A stretch of DNA of 64,000 nucleotides, taken from the NCBI GenBank assembly GCA_019428945.1, contig JAHYJM010000005.1:1562-65561 (forward strand), in the 5' to 3' direction. The DNA is from Bacillota bacterium. GTDB lineage: Bacteria; Bacillota; Dethiobacteria; DTU022. Every line of letters begins with the position of its first letter. Position 1 is the stretch's first letter. Below the pieces are notes generated by a model, which saw nothing but the letters and a program-made list of their open reading frames with translations, ran no database searches and was not told the DNA's origin. The position numbers and the translations under genes are program-made. This document shows positions 9,699 to 19,071 of this stretch, one piece after another.

Positions 9699-11465
9699 AT
9701 GCGGCGTGCAGCCGATTTTGTGACAACTAAGCCGGTAATACTCGGAAGGGAAGCCAACGTTGAAAAAGTTCTTGATATTTTACTTAAGGCTGAAGATGGT
9801 TTAATTTGTCTGGGCAAAAACGGGATAATCAACCAGGTTATAACCTGTGAATCGGCTTTAGGTTCCATTAAAAACGCTTCAGGCAGTCGGAAACTGACTG
9901 CTGCCGATCTGGCGTTGAAGAAATTGGAAACTACCGGTACTGATACGTTTTGGCCCAATTTTATCGATAAACTTAATAACAACGGGATTGTGGCTGTTTT
10001 TGATTCGAACAAAACTATAATTGGAGTAATAACAATTAACAGTATTCTGAAAGAGCTGGCGGGTAAGACATTGGAGCTGGAACGAGAAATTGATGCAATT
10101 ATTAATTTTACATCTGACGAGATATTTGTAGCCGATGGTGACGGCAGGGTGTTGAGGGCTAATTCTGTATTTGAAGATAATTTTGGCGTCAAACTCGATT
10201 CCGTAATCGGCAAAAATGTTAATGAACTTGAAAAGAAAAAGATCTTCACACCATCTGTTACCAGGTTGGTTATCGATAAAAAGAGCACTCAAACAGTAAT
10301 TCAGTCCCGCCGCGATGGAAGGAAACTTTTAGCTACAGGTACCCCGGCTTTTAATGAAGACGGGTCAGTGTTCAGGGTTATTGTAAATACAAGAGATATT
10401 ACAAAGCTGAACAACTTAAAACAGCAGCTTGAAGAAGCGGAGTTGTTAAAAAACCGTTACCAGCAGGAACTGATTGAACTGCGGCAGGGTTACCTGCACA
10501 GTGGTGAAATTGTGGCTTCGAGTCCGGTCATGCTGGATCTCCTGAAAGTCGCCACTAAAATAGCTGCAGTTGATTCCACAGTGCTGCTTACAGGTGAATC
10601 AGGGGTGGGTAAGGGAATGATAGCCCGCTACATTCATAACACCAGCCCCCGCGCCGACAAACCTTTTACAGTCGTTAATTGTGGAGCGATTCCGGAAAAT
10701 CTTCTTGAAAGCGAGCTTTTCGGTTATGCCGGAGGCGCTTTTACAGGCGCCCGGCGTGAAGGAAAAATTGGTAAGCTGGAACTTGCTAACGAAGGGACCC
10801 TGTTTCTGGATGAAATAACCGAGCTTCCACTTAATCTGCAGGTTAAACTGCTGCATGTAATCCAGGAAGGAATAATCAGCCGTATTGGCGGAACCCGTGA
10901 GATAAAACTCAACCTGCGCTTTATTGCCGCTACAAACCGCGATATTGCCGGCCTGGTGGAGGAAGGCAAATTTCGTGAAGACCTCTATTTCAGGCTTGAT
11001 GTAATACCCTTAATAGTACCTCCTCTTCGGGAGAGACATGAAGATATTAAAGCCCTGGCCGGGCAGTTTTTAAGCAGACTTAACAGACGTTATCAGAAAG
11101 ATAAGTATTTCAACTCTGAAGTATATAGTTTCCTTGAGGAATATAACTGGCCGGGAAATGTTCGTGAACTGGAAAACCTGGTTGAAAGAATGATGATTGT
11201 AGTAGACAGCAGTGAGATAGGAGCAATCCATCTACCCCGGCGACTGACGGGAATTGAACAGGCGGAGATTCCCAAAAAACCGGCCATAAAGCTTGAGCCC
11301 TTAAAAGAGGCAAAAGAGAGTCTTGAACGTAGGCTGCTTATCGAAGCTCTTCGTGTTTGCAGGACAACATATGAAATTGCAGAGATTCTTAAAATAGACC
11401 AGTCAACGGTAGTACGCAAATTGAAGAAGTATAACCTGGTTACCGGGGGGCACGAAATAGATTAA
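9699..11465 (+). CDS. Sigma54-dependent enhancer-binding activator (degenerate CBS-like region, PAS, AAA+, HTH)
   Basis: GESGVGK, ESELFG, GAFTGA, LFLDEI, WPGNVREL motifs and a C-terminal HTH. Confidence 0.95.
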   Translation: MRRAADFVTTKPVILGREANVEKVLDILLKAEDGLICLGKNGIINQVITCESALGSIKNASGSRKLTAADLALKKLETTGTDTFWPNFIDKLNNNGIVAVFDSNKTIIGVITINSILKELAGKTLELEREIDAIINFTSDEIFVADGDGRVLRANSVFEDNFGVKLDSVIGKNVNELEKKKIFTPSVTRLVIDKKSTQTVIQSRRDGRKLLATGTPAFNEDGSVFRVIVNTRDITKLNNLKQQLEEAELLKNRYQQELIELRQGYLHSGEIVASSPVMLDLLKVATKIAAVDSTVLLTGESGVGKGMIARYIHNTSPRADKPFTVVNCGAIPENLLESELFGYAGGAFTGARREGKIGKLELANEGTLFLDEITELPLNLQVKLLHVIQEGIISRIGGTREIKLNLRFIAATNRDIAGLVEEGKFREDLYFRLDVIPLIVPPLRERHEDIKALAGQFLSRLNRRYQKDKYFNSEVYSFLEEYNWPGNVRELENLVERMMIVVDSSEIGAIHLPRRLTGIEQAEIPKKPAIKLEPLKEAKESLERRLLIEALRVCRTTYEIAEILKIDQSTVVRKLKKYNLVTGGHEID

Positions 11466-11492
11466 TGAAAAGCAACTGAAAATCCAACGGTT

Positions 11493-11531
11493 TGATGTGT
11501 AAATGCATTAAAATGATGTGTAAATGCATTA
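11493..11531. repeat. Exact 18-bp direct repeat, likely the upstream activating sequence for the adjacent activator
   Basis: TGATGTGTAAATGCATTA at 11493-11510 and 11514-11531 (21-bp period), about 120-150 bp upstream of the sigma54 promoter. Confidence 0.7.
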
Positions 11532-11646
11532 GAGCTGGTGATATTTTTCTCAAATAAAAAAGTACATAAATCAATTATCCTGGGATAAGGCCTTAATTAG
11601 AGGCCTTATTCTTACTTTAAAGTTATTGGAGCCAGAAAAACAAATA

Positions 11647-11662
11647 TGGCACCAATATTGCA
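11647..11662 (+). promoter_or_regulatory. Sigma54 -24/-12 promoter of the gabT operon
   Basis: TGGCAC-caata-TTGCA is an exact consensus match. Confidence 0.9.
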
Positions 11663-11707
11663 CTATAATATGTTAAGAAACTCACAAGCAGAAAGGGGTT
11701 TAACTTT

Positions 11708-13051
11708 ATGAACCAGAAACCAGTTGGACCGGACTACGGGCCGGGACCGAACTCGCAGGAACTGATGAAATTGCGCGACGAAAATGTAGCCCGCGGCATA
11801 TCATACGTGATGCCGGTATTTGTCAAAGAAGCCAAAGGAGCGATTATTACCGATGTAGACGGCCGGGAATATATTGACTTTGTCAGCGGCATCGGGGTTT
11901 CGAACTTCGGCAACAACTACCCGGCCGTAGTCGAAGCGATTAAGAACCAGGCTGACCAGTATTTACACACCTGCTTCATGGTGACCATGTATGAACCTTA
12001 CGTAAAACTGGCCGAGAAACTGAATAAGATTACGCCCGGGGAATTTCAGAAGAAAACCGCCTTTTTCAACAGCGGGGCCGAAGCGGTTGAAAATGCCGTC
12101 AAGCTCTCGCGCCGCTACACGAAAAAGACAGCGATGATTTCGCTGGAGTGCGCCTTTCACGGCCGTACCCTGATGACAATGACCCTTACCTCGAAAGTAA
12201 AACCCTATAAATACGGCTTTGGACCCTTTGCCACCGACGTATACAAGATTCCGTCGGCCTACTGTTACCGCTGCCGCTTCGGGATGACCTACCCGGCCTG
12301 CGACCTGCACTGCGCCAGGTACTTAGAGCAGTTCTTTGCTGTTGAATGCGCCGCAGACAACGTTGCCGCCGTTATCGCCGAACCGGTCCAGGGCGAAGGC
12401 GGCTTTATCGTTCCCCCTAAAGACTACTTTAAAGTGCTCCATGAAATATGCCGGAAAAACGATGTGCTTCTAATCTTAGATGAAATCCAATCCGGCTTCT
12501 ACCGCACCGGAGGCGCCTTTGCCAGTGAGCACTACGGCATCGCCCCTGATTTGATCACCATGGCCAAATCGCTGGCCGGCGGAGTGCCGATCAGCGCGCT
12601 GACCGGCAGGGCCGAAGTGATGGATGCCGCAGGGCCCGGAGAAATCGGCGGTACCTATGGCGGTAACCCGATCGGCTGTGCCGCCGGACTGGCCGTGATG
12701 GAAGCGATCGAGAAAGACGATATTGCCGGCCAGGCGAAAAAGACAGCGGAACTTACAGCGACCCGGTTAGATGAAATGGCGGAGAAATATTCACTTATCG
12801 GCGAACATCGCGGTTTGGGCGCCATGCGGGCGATTGAGCTGGTAAAAGACAAAGCCAGCAAAGAGCCGGCAGCCGACGCGGCTAAGGCGATCGTCAAACG
12901 CTGCCATGAACGCGGCCTGATCATTATCACCGCCGGGATCTTTGGCAACGTGATCCGCTTCCTGATGCCCGTTAATATTACGGAGGAACAGCTAAACCGG
13001 GGCCTTGATATCCTGGAAGATGCTATTGCTGAAGAGCAGGGAGGAAAGTAA
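11708..13051 (+). CDS. gabT: 4-aminobutyrate/omega-amino acid:2-oxoglutarate aminotransferase (class III PLP)
   Basis: NSGAEAVENA, FHGRT, EPVQGEGG, DEIQSG, MAKS (PLP Lys), GGTYGGNP motifs; exact substrate uncertain. Confidence 0.85.
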   Translation: MNQKPVGPDYGPGPNSQELMKLRDENVARGISYVMPVFVKEAKGAIITDVDGREYIDFVSGIGVSNFGNNYPAVVEAIKNQADQYLHTCFMVTMYEPYVKLAEKLNKITPGEFQKKTAFFNSGAEAVENAVKLSRRYTKKTAMISLECAFHGRTLMTMTLTSKVKPYKYGFGPFATDVYKIPSAYCYRCRFGMTYPACDLHCARYLEQFFAVECAADNVAAVIAEPVQGEGGFIVPPKDYFKVLHEICRKNDVLLILDEIQSGFYRTGGAFASEHYGIAPDLITMAKSLAGGVPISALTGRAEVMDAAGPGEIGGTYGGNPIGCAAGLAVMEAIEKDDIAGQAKKTAELTATRLDEMAEKYSLIGEHRGLGAMRAIELVKDKASKEPAADAAKAIVKRCHERGLIIITAGIFGNVIRFLMPVNITEEQLNRGLDILEDAIAEEQGGK

Positions 13052-13054
13052 AAT

Positions 13055-14851
13055 TTGTATGGAGTTTACGGCAAGCTTTTAATCGTTGATCTCAGTAAGA
13101 TGGACATCATCGAAAAAGAGCTTGAGCAAGAAGTATTTTATGAATTCCTGGGAGGCAGGGGCCTGGGCGCTTACCTGCTGGCAAAAATGCTGGCACCGGG
13201 TGAGGATCCGCTCTCTCCGAACAACGTTATTGTTTTTGCTACTGGACCTGCCACTGATTCAGGCCTGGCTCCTGCCTCCGGTTATGGTATTTTTACAAAA
13301 TCACCGGTAACCGGTCTTTTTACAGAAGCCTATGCGAAGGGATACTTGCCGTCGTTAATTAAGAGGACGGGTTATGATGCAATTGTTATAACCGGCGCGG
13401 CTTCGCATCCGAGTTTCATTACTATTTCTGAACTGGGTGTTAATTTCTATGATGCTGTAGAAACATGGGGAATGGATACAGATACAGCTGAAGGATCTAT
13501 TCTTAATGTTGTTGGTGCAACTGATTCAGAAGTGCTGGTAATCGGGCCTGCCGGGGAAAATATGATTGCTTCTGCCTGCTTAAAAAGTAATCGCCACAGA
13601 AGTTTCGGACGAGCTGGATTAGGGGCTGTTTTCGGATCGAAAAATTTAAAAGGCGTCGTTTTTAGGGGTGGCGCTAAAGCTGAGCTTTATGAAAGTGAAG
13701 CTTTTACTGGCTGGAATGATCAGTTCATTAGACGTTGTAATAATGAGGAAGAAGCGAAGGCGATAAAATTTTTTAGTATACCTTCGCTTGTAACCGTTGC
13801 CAATACAAGAGGCTTTTTTACTTCCGGTTATTGGGCTGAAGGACGGCTTGAGGGATGGGAAAAAATTGTTGAATCTTACCGCTCGGGTAAAGTGAGTGCA
13901 AAGGGTTTGAGTTGTCATAGTTGTTTATTAAGCTGCGACCAAGAAACCTTTATAAACTATGATCATTGCGGAAGAGGAGTTAAAGGACTGGATTACAACT
14001 ACTTAAGCGCGATTGGCGGCCTTTGCCGCATTACCAGCCTGGAAGATATAGTCAGCCTTGTAGACCTCTGCGAACAGCTCGGTATTGACCCTGTCAGCGC
14101 CGGGAATATAGCATCATTTGCTATTGAAGCCGGGTTAAGAGGCAAATTGGATAACCCGCCTCTTTATGGCAACTCTGATCGAATTGCCTTATTTTTGGAA
14201 TCCGTTGCATATAGGAAAGGTGAAGGAGTCATCTTTGCCGATGGTATCAGGGAAGCCGCCGCCATGTTGGATATGCCTGACCTTGCAGTGCATTTCAGAG
14301 GGCTTGAACCTGCCGGCTTTGATCCCAGGGTTATTAAAATAGTCGCCCTGTCGCATTTAGTATCGGGGTTCGGAGAATCAAATCCGGAGAGTTTCTATCT
14401 CTCCGGCCTCGGTTATGGCCTTTTTGATACAGAAAAGAGGAATAACCCTGCCCGTATTTTTGTTGAATACGAAGATAAAATGAATATTATTGACAGTCTT
14501 GTCTTCTGCCGAAACGCCCATAAGCTTATTCAATGGGAAAATTTAATAGCAGTTGTATTCCTTCTTACCGGAAAGCGTTACAGCGCAGCCGGCCTTCGCG
14601 CTGTTTCGGCCCGAAATCTTTCAACAATCAGGCTCTTCAATCTGAGCGAAGTCACTACGGGTATGGGAGACAGCCTGCCCTCCAGATTTATAGAAGAGCC
14701 GATAAATAATGAAAAAGATTTGGTAAAAGTTGAAGAATTGGAGCTGATGCTTAAAGATTATTATTTACTCAGAGGTTGGAATGAGAAAGGTATACCCCCT
14801 GCGGGGAACAATAATCAACAATTATTAAGGAGGACAATACAATGTCTGTAG
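13055..14851 (+). CDS. Aldehyde:ferredoxin oxidoreductase family protein, divergent
   Basis: GGRGLG, KSPVTG, IGPAGEN, GAVFGSKNLK, CxxCxxxC, FDPR, YYLLRGW motifs; several active-site motifs are altered. Confidence 0.85.
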   Translation: MYGVYGKLLIVDLSKMDIIEKELEQEVFYEFLGGRGLGAYLLAKMLAPGEDPLSPNNVIVFATGPATDSGLAPASGYGIFTKSPVTGLFTEAYAKGYLPSLIKRTGYDAIVITGAASHPSFITISELGVNFYDAVETWGMDTDTAEGSILNVVGATDSEVLVIGPAGENMIASACLKSNRHRSFGRAGLGAVFGSKNLKGVVFRGGAKAELYESEAFTGWNDQFIRRCNNEEEAKAIKFFSIPSLVTVANTRGFFTSGYWAEGRLEGWEKIVESYRSGKVSAKGLSCHSCLLSCDQETFINYDHCGRGVKGLDYNYLSAIGGLCRITSLEDIVSLVDLCEQLGIDPVSAGNIASFAIEAGLRGKLDNPPLYGNSDRIALFLESVAYRKGEGVIFADGIREAAAMLDMPDLAVHFRGLEPAGFDPRVIKIVALSHLVSGFGESNPESFYLSGLGYGLFDTEKRNNPARIFVEYEDKMNIIDSLVFCRNAHKLIQWENLIAVVFLLTGKRYSAAGLRAVSARNLSTIRLFNLSEVTTGMGDSLPSRFIEEPINNEKDLVKVEELELMLKDYYLLRGWNEKGIPPAGNNNQQLLRRTIQCL

Positions 14852-16134
14852 AAGTACAAAAAAGCAAAAAAGAAGATAATACTCTAACTGCTACTTTAAA
14901 TATGATTAAACAGTCAATTGAGCTGTCAGAGCTTTCAAATGATGTTTATGAACATCTCAAAACACCGATGAGGTTTGTTGAAGTCGCTGTCCCGGTTGAA
15001 ATGGATGACGGCAGCACCAAGGTTTTTACCGGTTACCGTTCTCAGCACAATAATGTTTTCGGGCCTTATAAAGGCGGTATTCGTTATCACCCTGCTGTGA
15101 CCACCGACAGCATAAAAGCCCTGTCAATGTGGATGACGCTGAAATGTTCACTGGTTGGTGTTCCGTTTGGCGGTGGCAAAGGAGCTATTGTCTGCGATCC
15201 TCTTACAATGTCAATGAAAGAGAAAGAAAGAATGACTCGTAGTTATGTCCGGGTTCTCGGCTCAATCCTGGGACCGGAAACTGATATTCCTGCTCCCGAT
15301 GTTGCTACAGACGGACAGGTTATGGCCTGGATTGCAGATGAATACAGCAACATAATGAGAGTGCCTTCTTTTGGGGTTGTTACCGGTAAACCTTTGGCTG
15401 TGGGCGGTTGTGTAGGCCGGACAGAGGCAACAGGCAAAGGTGTTTTCTTCGTGACCAGGGAAGCGGCAGCAGCAACTGGTATGGATTTGGAGAAAGCCCG
15501 TGTAGCCGTACAGGGTTTTGGAAATGTAGGCAGTAATGCCGCAATTCTCTTTGCTGAAGCAGGCAGCCCTGTTGTAGCTGTCAGTGATGTTAGCGGTGGC
15601 GTATATAACCCGAAGGGACTGGATATTCTTGCCCTGGTCAATCATGTTGAGAGAACCGGTTTTGTAAAAGGATTTCCCGGTGGAGACGAAATAACAAATG
15701 CAGACCTTCTGACGATTGACTGCGATGTGCTTATTCCGGCAGCTCTTGAAAATCAGTTGAAAGGTGATAATGCTGATCAGGTCAAAGCGAAAATAATTAT
15801 TGAGGGAGCCAATGGCCCGACTACTCCCGAAGCCGATCATATCCTTAAGGATAATAATATATTACTTGTTCCTGATATTCTCGCCAACAGCGGAGGGGTT
15901 ACCGTATCTTACTTCGAGTGGGTCCAGAACAACTATGGTTTCCGCTGGGATTTAGGCACAGTTAACCGCCGACTGGAAGAGAAAATGACTGAAGCATTCA
16001 AGCTGGTTTACAGCTTCTATTGCGAAAAGTGCATCGGTTCCGATATGCGTACAGGTGCGTACAGGTATTCAATTCAACGCCTGGCTGAAGCAATGCAGTT
16101 CCGTGGCTGGATTCGCAACGGTACGCACAGTTAA
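14842..16134 (+). CDS. gdhA: Glu/Leu/Phe/Val dehydrogenase (glutamate dehydrogenase)
   Basis: KGGIRY, GGGKG, DIPAPD, QGFGNVG, EGANGP, SYFEWVQN motifs. Confidence 0.92.
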   Translation: MSVEVQKSKKEDNTLTATLNMIKQSIELSELSNDVYEHLKTPMRFVEVAVPVEMDDGSTKVFTGYRSQHNNVFGPYKGGIRYHPAVTTDSIKALSMWMTLKCSLVGVPFGGGKGAIVCDPLTMSMKEKERMTRSYVRVLGSILGPETDIPAPDVATDGQVMAWIADEYSNIMRVPSFGVVTGKPLAVGGCVGRTEATGKGVFFVTREAAAATGMDLEKARVAVQGFGNVGSNAAILFAEAGSPVVAVSDVSGGVYNPKGLDILALVNHVERTGFVKGFPGGDEITNADLLTIDCDVLIPAALENQLKGDNADQVKAKIIIEGANGPTTPEADHILKDNNILLVPDILANSGGVTVSYFEWVQNNYGFRWDLGTVNRRLEEKMTEAFKLVYSFYCEKCIGSDMRTGAYRYSIQRLAEAMQFRGWIRNGTHS

Positions 16135-16145
16135 AAATAGTCCAG

Positions 16146-16177
16146 TTAAAGGGACAGGTGAGCGCCTGTCCCTTTAA
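16146..16177. terminator. Hairpin terminator after gdh
   Basis: TTAAAGGGACAGG-N6-CCTGTCCCTTTAA, 13-bp perfect stem. Confidence 0.7.
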
Positions 16178-16319
16178 TTAGGTTTAATGTAGTAATAAAA
16201 ACGAATATTTGTTATAATTCTATATGAATTTCGGTATCTTTCTGTCACTTCCTGTAGGCTGAAGTTTAGAATCATAAATAGTGGTTTTCAAATCTCTTTA
16301 AATGAGAGGAGAAGATATA

Positions 16320-16580
16320 TTGTCGCGGGTTGTAAATACTGAAATAACTGCTGACCTTCTAATTAACCAGGATTGGTGTAAGGGGTGCGGCATCTGTATT
16401 GCTTTCTGTCCAAGGGAAGCTCTTTTTTTAGATGAAAAGGGAAAAGCAGAAAAAAATAATGAGAAGTGTACCTGTTGTGGAATTTGCGAAACATTTTGCC
16501 CTGATTTTGCACTGACTGTAGTAAAGAGGAGGCTTTCAGCAGATGGCGGAGACAAAGCCGGTTTTAATGCAAGGCAATGA
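16320..16580 (+). CDS. korD: 2-oxoacid:ferredoxin oxidoreductase delta (ferredoxin) subunit
   Basis: CKGCGICIAFCP and CTCCGICETFCPD; TTG start after GAGGAG. Confidence 0.88.
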   Translation: MSRVVNTEITADLLINQDWCKGCGICIAFCPREALFLDEKGKAEKNNEKCTCCGICETFCPDFALTVVKRRLSADGGDKAGFNARQ

Positions 16581-17670
16581 AGCCTGTGCTGAAGGTGCGA
16601 TCAGCGCCGGTGTAAGATTTTATGCCGGCTATCCGATAACACCATCAACAGAAATAGCCGAGCACATGGCAGCAAGATTGCCTGATCTCGGCGGTGTTTT
16701 TATCCAGATGGAAGATGAAATAGCCAGTATGGCTGCCGTGATTGGCGCCTCTATCGGTGGAATGCGAACCCTGACTGCAACAAGTGGTCCGGGATTTTCT
16801 TTGAAACAGGAGAATCTCGGCTATGCAATCATGGCTGAAATTCCCTGTGTTGTTGTTAATGTTCAGCGTATGGGACCAAGCACCGGAGTCCCGACAGCGC
16901 CGGCCCAGGGAGATGTTATGCAGGCCCGCTGGGGCACTCATGGTGATCACCCTATTATCGTTTTTTCACCGGCCTCTGTCTATGAAACTTTTTATCTTAC
17001 CATTGCTGCTGTCAACCTCAGCCAGAAGTTAAGGCAGCCGGTTATTATGCTGCTCGATGAAGTTATAGGGCATATGCGCGAAAAAGTGATGATTCCGGAG
17101 GCCGGTAAACTATTGGTGGAAAAATCTAGTGATAATATTCCTGCCGATTGGAAGCCTTATGACGAGAAGGGGTTGACTCCCCTGGTACCCTTTGGTTTTG
17201 GCCATTATTATCATGTAACCGGACTTTTCCATGACCAGTATGGTTTTCCCACAGGTGATCCGACCCAGGTTGAAAGAGCCCTGGACAGAATTCATGGTAA
17301 GCTGGAAAAGTATCGTGATGAAATAGTTCTAACCAACTACATCGGTCACAAGGAGCCCCGTGTTGTGATTATAACTTATGGTTGTACGGTCAGATCAGCC
17401 CGTGCTGTGGTTAAAAAAGCTTACTGGCAGAACCGTTTGCCGGTGGGACTGCTCAGTTTGCAGACAATTTGGCCTTTCCCCGGGAAAGAAGTTGCTGCTA
17501 TAGCAAAACAGGCAGATGTGATTATTGTGCCTGAAATGAACATGGGACAAATAGTCGGTGAAGTAGAAAGGTACGCCTGCGGTAATGCCGAGGTTGTGCC
17601 CCTTAACCGGTATGACGGAGAAATGATGTCTCCCGATCAAATATCCGAACTGTTAGGAAGGTGGCTGTAA
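16543..17670 (+). CDS. korA: 2-oxoacid (probably 2-oxoglutarate):ferredoxin oxidoreductase alpha subunit
   Basis: YAGYPITPSTE, QMEDE, ATSGPG, QRMGPSTG, EMNMGQ motifs. Confidence 0.92.
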   Translation: MAETKPVLMQGNEACAEGAISAGVRFYAGYPITPSTEIAEHMAARLPDLGGVFIQMEDEIASMAAVIGASIGGMRTLTATSGPGFSLKQENLGYAIMAEIPCVVVNVQRMGPSTGVPTAPAQGDVMQARWGTHGDHPIIVFSPASVYETFYLTIAAVNLSQKLRQPVIMLLDEVIGHMREKVMIPEAGKLLVEKSSDNIPADWKPYDEKGLTPLVPFGFGHYYHVTGLFHDQYGFPTGDPTQVERALDRIHGKLEKYRDEIVLTNYIGHKEPRVVIITYGCTVRSARAVVKKAYWQNRLPVGLLSLQTIWPFPGKEVAAIAKQADVIIVPEMNMGQIVGEVERYACGNAEVVPLNRYDGEMMSPDQISELLGRWL

Positions 17671-18476
17671 TGGAACAGCTGACCCAGGATTATTTACGCA
17701 CAAAAAAATTGCCTCATATCTGGTGTCCCGGTTGTGGAAACGGGATAGTTACTGCTGCGCTTGTAAGGGCTATTGAGCGTACCGGCTATGACCAGAGCGA
17801 GGTAGTGATTGTATCAGGAATTGGCTGTTCATCCAGGGCGGCCGGTTATTTAAATTTCAACACACTGCATACAACTCATGGCAGAGCGCTTGCATTTGCA
17901 ACCGGTTTGAAAATGGCCAGACCTGAACTGAAGCTCTTTGTTATCATGGGTGACGGAGACTGCAGTGCCATAGGCGGTAATCACTTTATTCATGCTGCAA
18001 GAAGGAATATCGATCTTAATGCAGTAATAATCAATAACCATATTTACGGGATGACAGGGGGACAGCATTCACCCTTAACCCCGACGGGTATGAAGGCAAC
18101 CACCGCTCCCGGCGGCACACTTGAGAGAGCCTTTGACCTGCTTGAACTGGCAAGGGGAGCCGGAGCTACTTTTGGAGCCCGTGGTAACGCTGCCCAGCCG
18201 CGACAGCTGGAACAGCTCATACTAAGGGCTGCCAATCATAAAGGATTTTCAGTTCTTGAAGCGCTTTCTCCCTGTCCGATTGCTTACGGCAGGCGCAATA
18301 AACTTGGCGGGGCAGTTGAGATGCTTCGTGAAATGAAAGACAGCGCTGTTTCGATGGAGAAAGCTTCAGGTATGGAGCCGGAAGAGCTGGAAGGTAAGAC
18401 CTTAAGCGGCGTCATATTCTCAACCGAAGCCCCGGAATTTTCGGAAGAATATTACCGGTCAATCGGCAAGGCGTAA
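17670..18476 (+). CDS. korB: 2-oxoacid:ferredoxin oxidoreductase beta subunit
   Basis: WCPGCG, SGIGCS, HTTHGRA, GDGD (TPP-binding), YGMTGGQ motifs. Confidence 0.92.
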   Translation: MEQLTQDYLRTKKLPHIWCPGCGNGIVTAALVRAIERTGYDQSEVVIVSGIGCSSRAAGYLNFNTLHTTHGRALAFATGLKMARPELKLFVIMGDGDCSAIGGNHFIHAARRNIDLNAVIINNHIYGMTGGQHSPLTPTGMKATTAPGGTLERAFDLLELARGAGATFGARGNAAQPRQLEQLILRAANHKGFSVLEALSPCPIAYGRRNKLGGAVEMLREMKDSAVSMEKASGMEPEELEGKTLSGVIFSTEAPEFSEEYYRSIGKA

Positions 18477-18492
18477 AGCGGGAGGTAATTAT

Positions 18493-19071
18493 TTGAGTAA
18501 CAGGCAGGAAATTTTATTAACCGGAGCAGGCGGGCAGGGACTTATTCTCGCTTCAATCGTCCTGGCTGAAGCTGCGGTTAACGACAATAAAAATGTTGTA
18601 CAAACCCAGTCTTACGGCCCTGAAGCCCGTGGCGGGGCCAGTATGGCCGGGGTAATAATTGATGTTGATACAATCGAATATCCGAAGGTCACCAAACCTT
18701 CTGTGCTGCTCTGTATGAACCAGGCTTCATTTAACAAATATATTCCCAAGGTTGAACCGGGTTGTACTATCATCGTTGATTCAACATTTGTCAGCGGCCC
18801 TTACCGCGAAGATTATAAAATAAATGCTCTGCCTATTACGCAGGCCGCAAGAGAACAGCTGGGGCGCGAGGTTGTTGCCAACATGCTTGCTCTGGGCGCT
18901 ATTAATGCCGCCACAGGCCTGGTTGATCGGGAAATTTTCAGAGAAAGCATTTTTAAGTTAGCGCCCAAGGGAAGTGGTGAGCTCAATCAAAAGGCTTTTG
19001 ACCTGGGTTACCGACTCTATAATGAGGGTATGGGGCAGAATCTCGGAATATCTTCTCAAACCCCTCAATAA
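18493..19071 (+). CDS. korC: 2-oxoacid:ferredoxin oxidoreductase gamma subunit
   Basis: GAGGQG and QSYGPEARGG motifs. Confidence 0.92.
   Translation: MSNRQEILLTGAGGQGLILASIVLAEAAVNDNKNVVQTQSYGPEARGGASMAGVIIDVDTIEYPKVTKPSVLLCMNQASFNKYIPKVEPGCTIIVDSTFVSGPYREDYKINALPITQAAREQLGREVVANMLALGAINAATGLVDREIFRESIFKLAPKGSGELNQKAFDLGYRLYNEGMGQNLGISSQTPQ

Noticed and set aside
11493..11531. CRISPR-like repeat
   Set aside because: Only two units with a 3-bp gap and no cas genes; better explained as an enhancer
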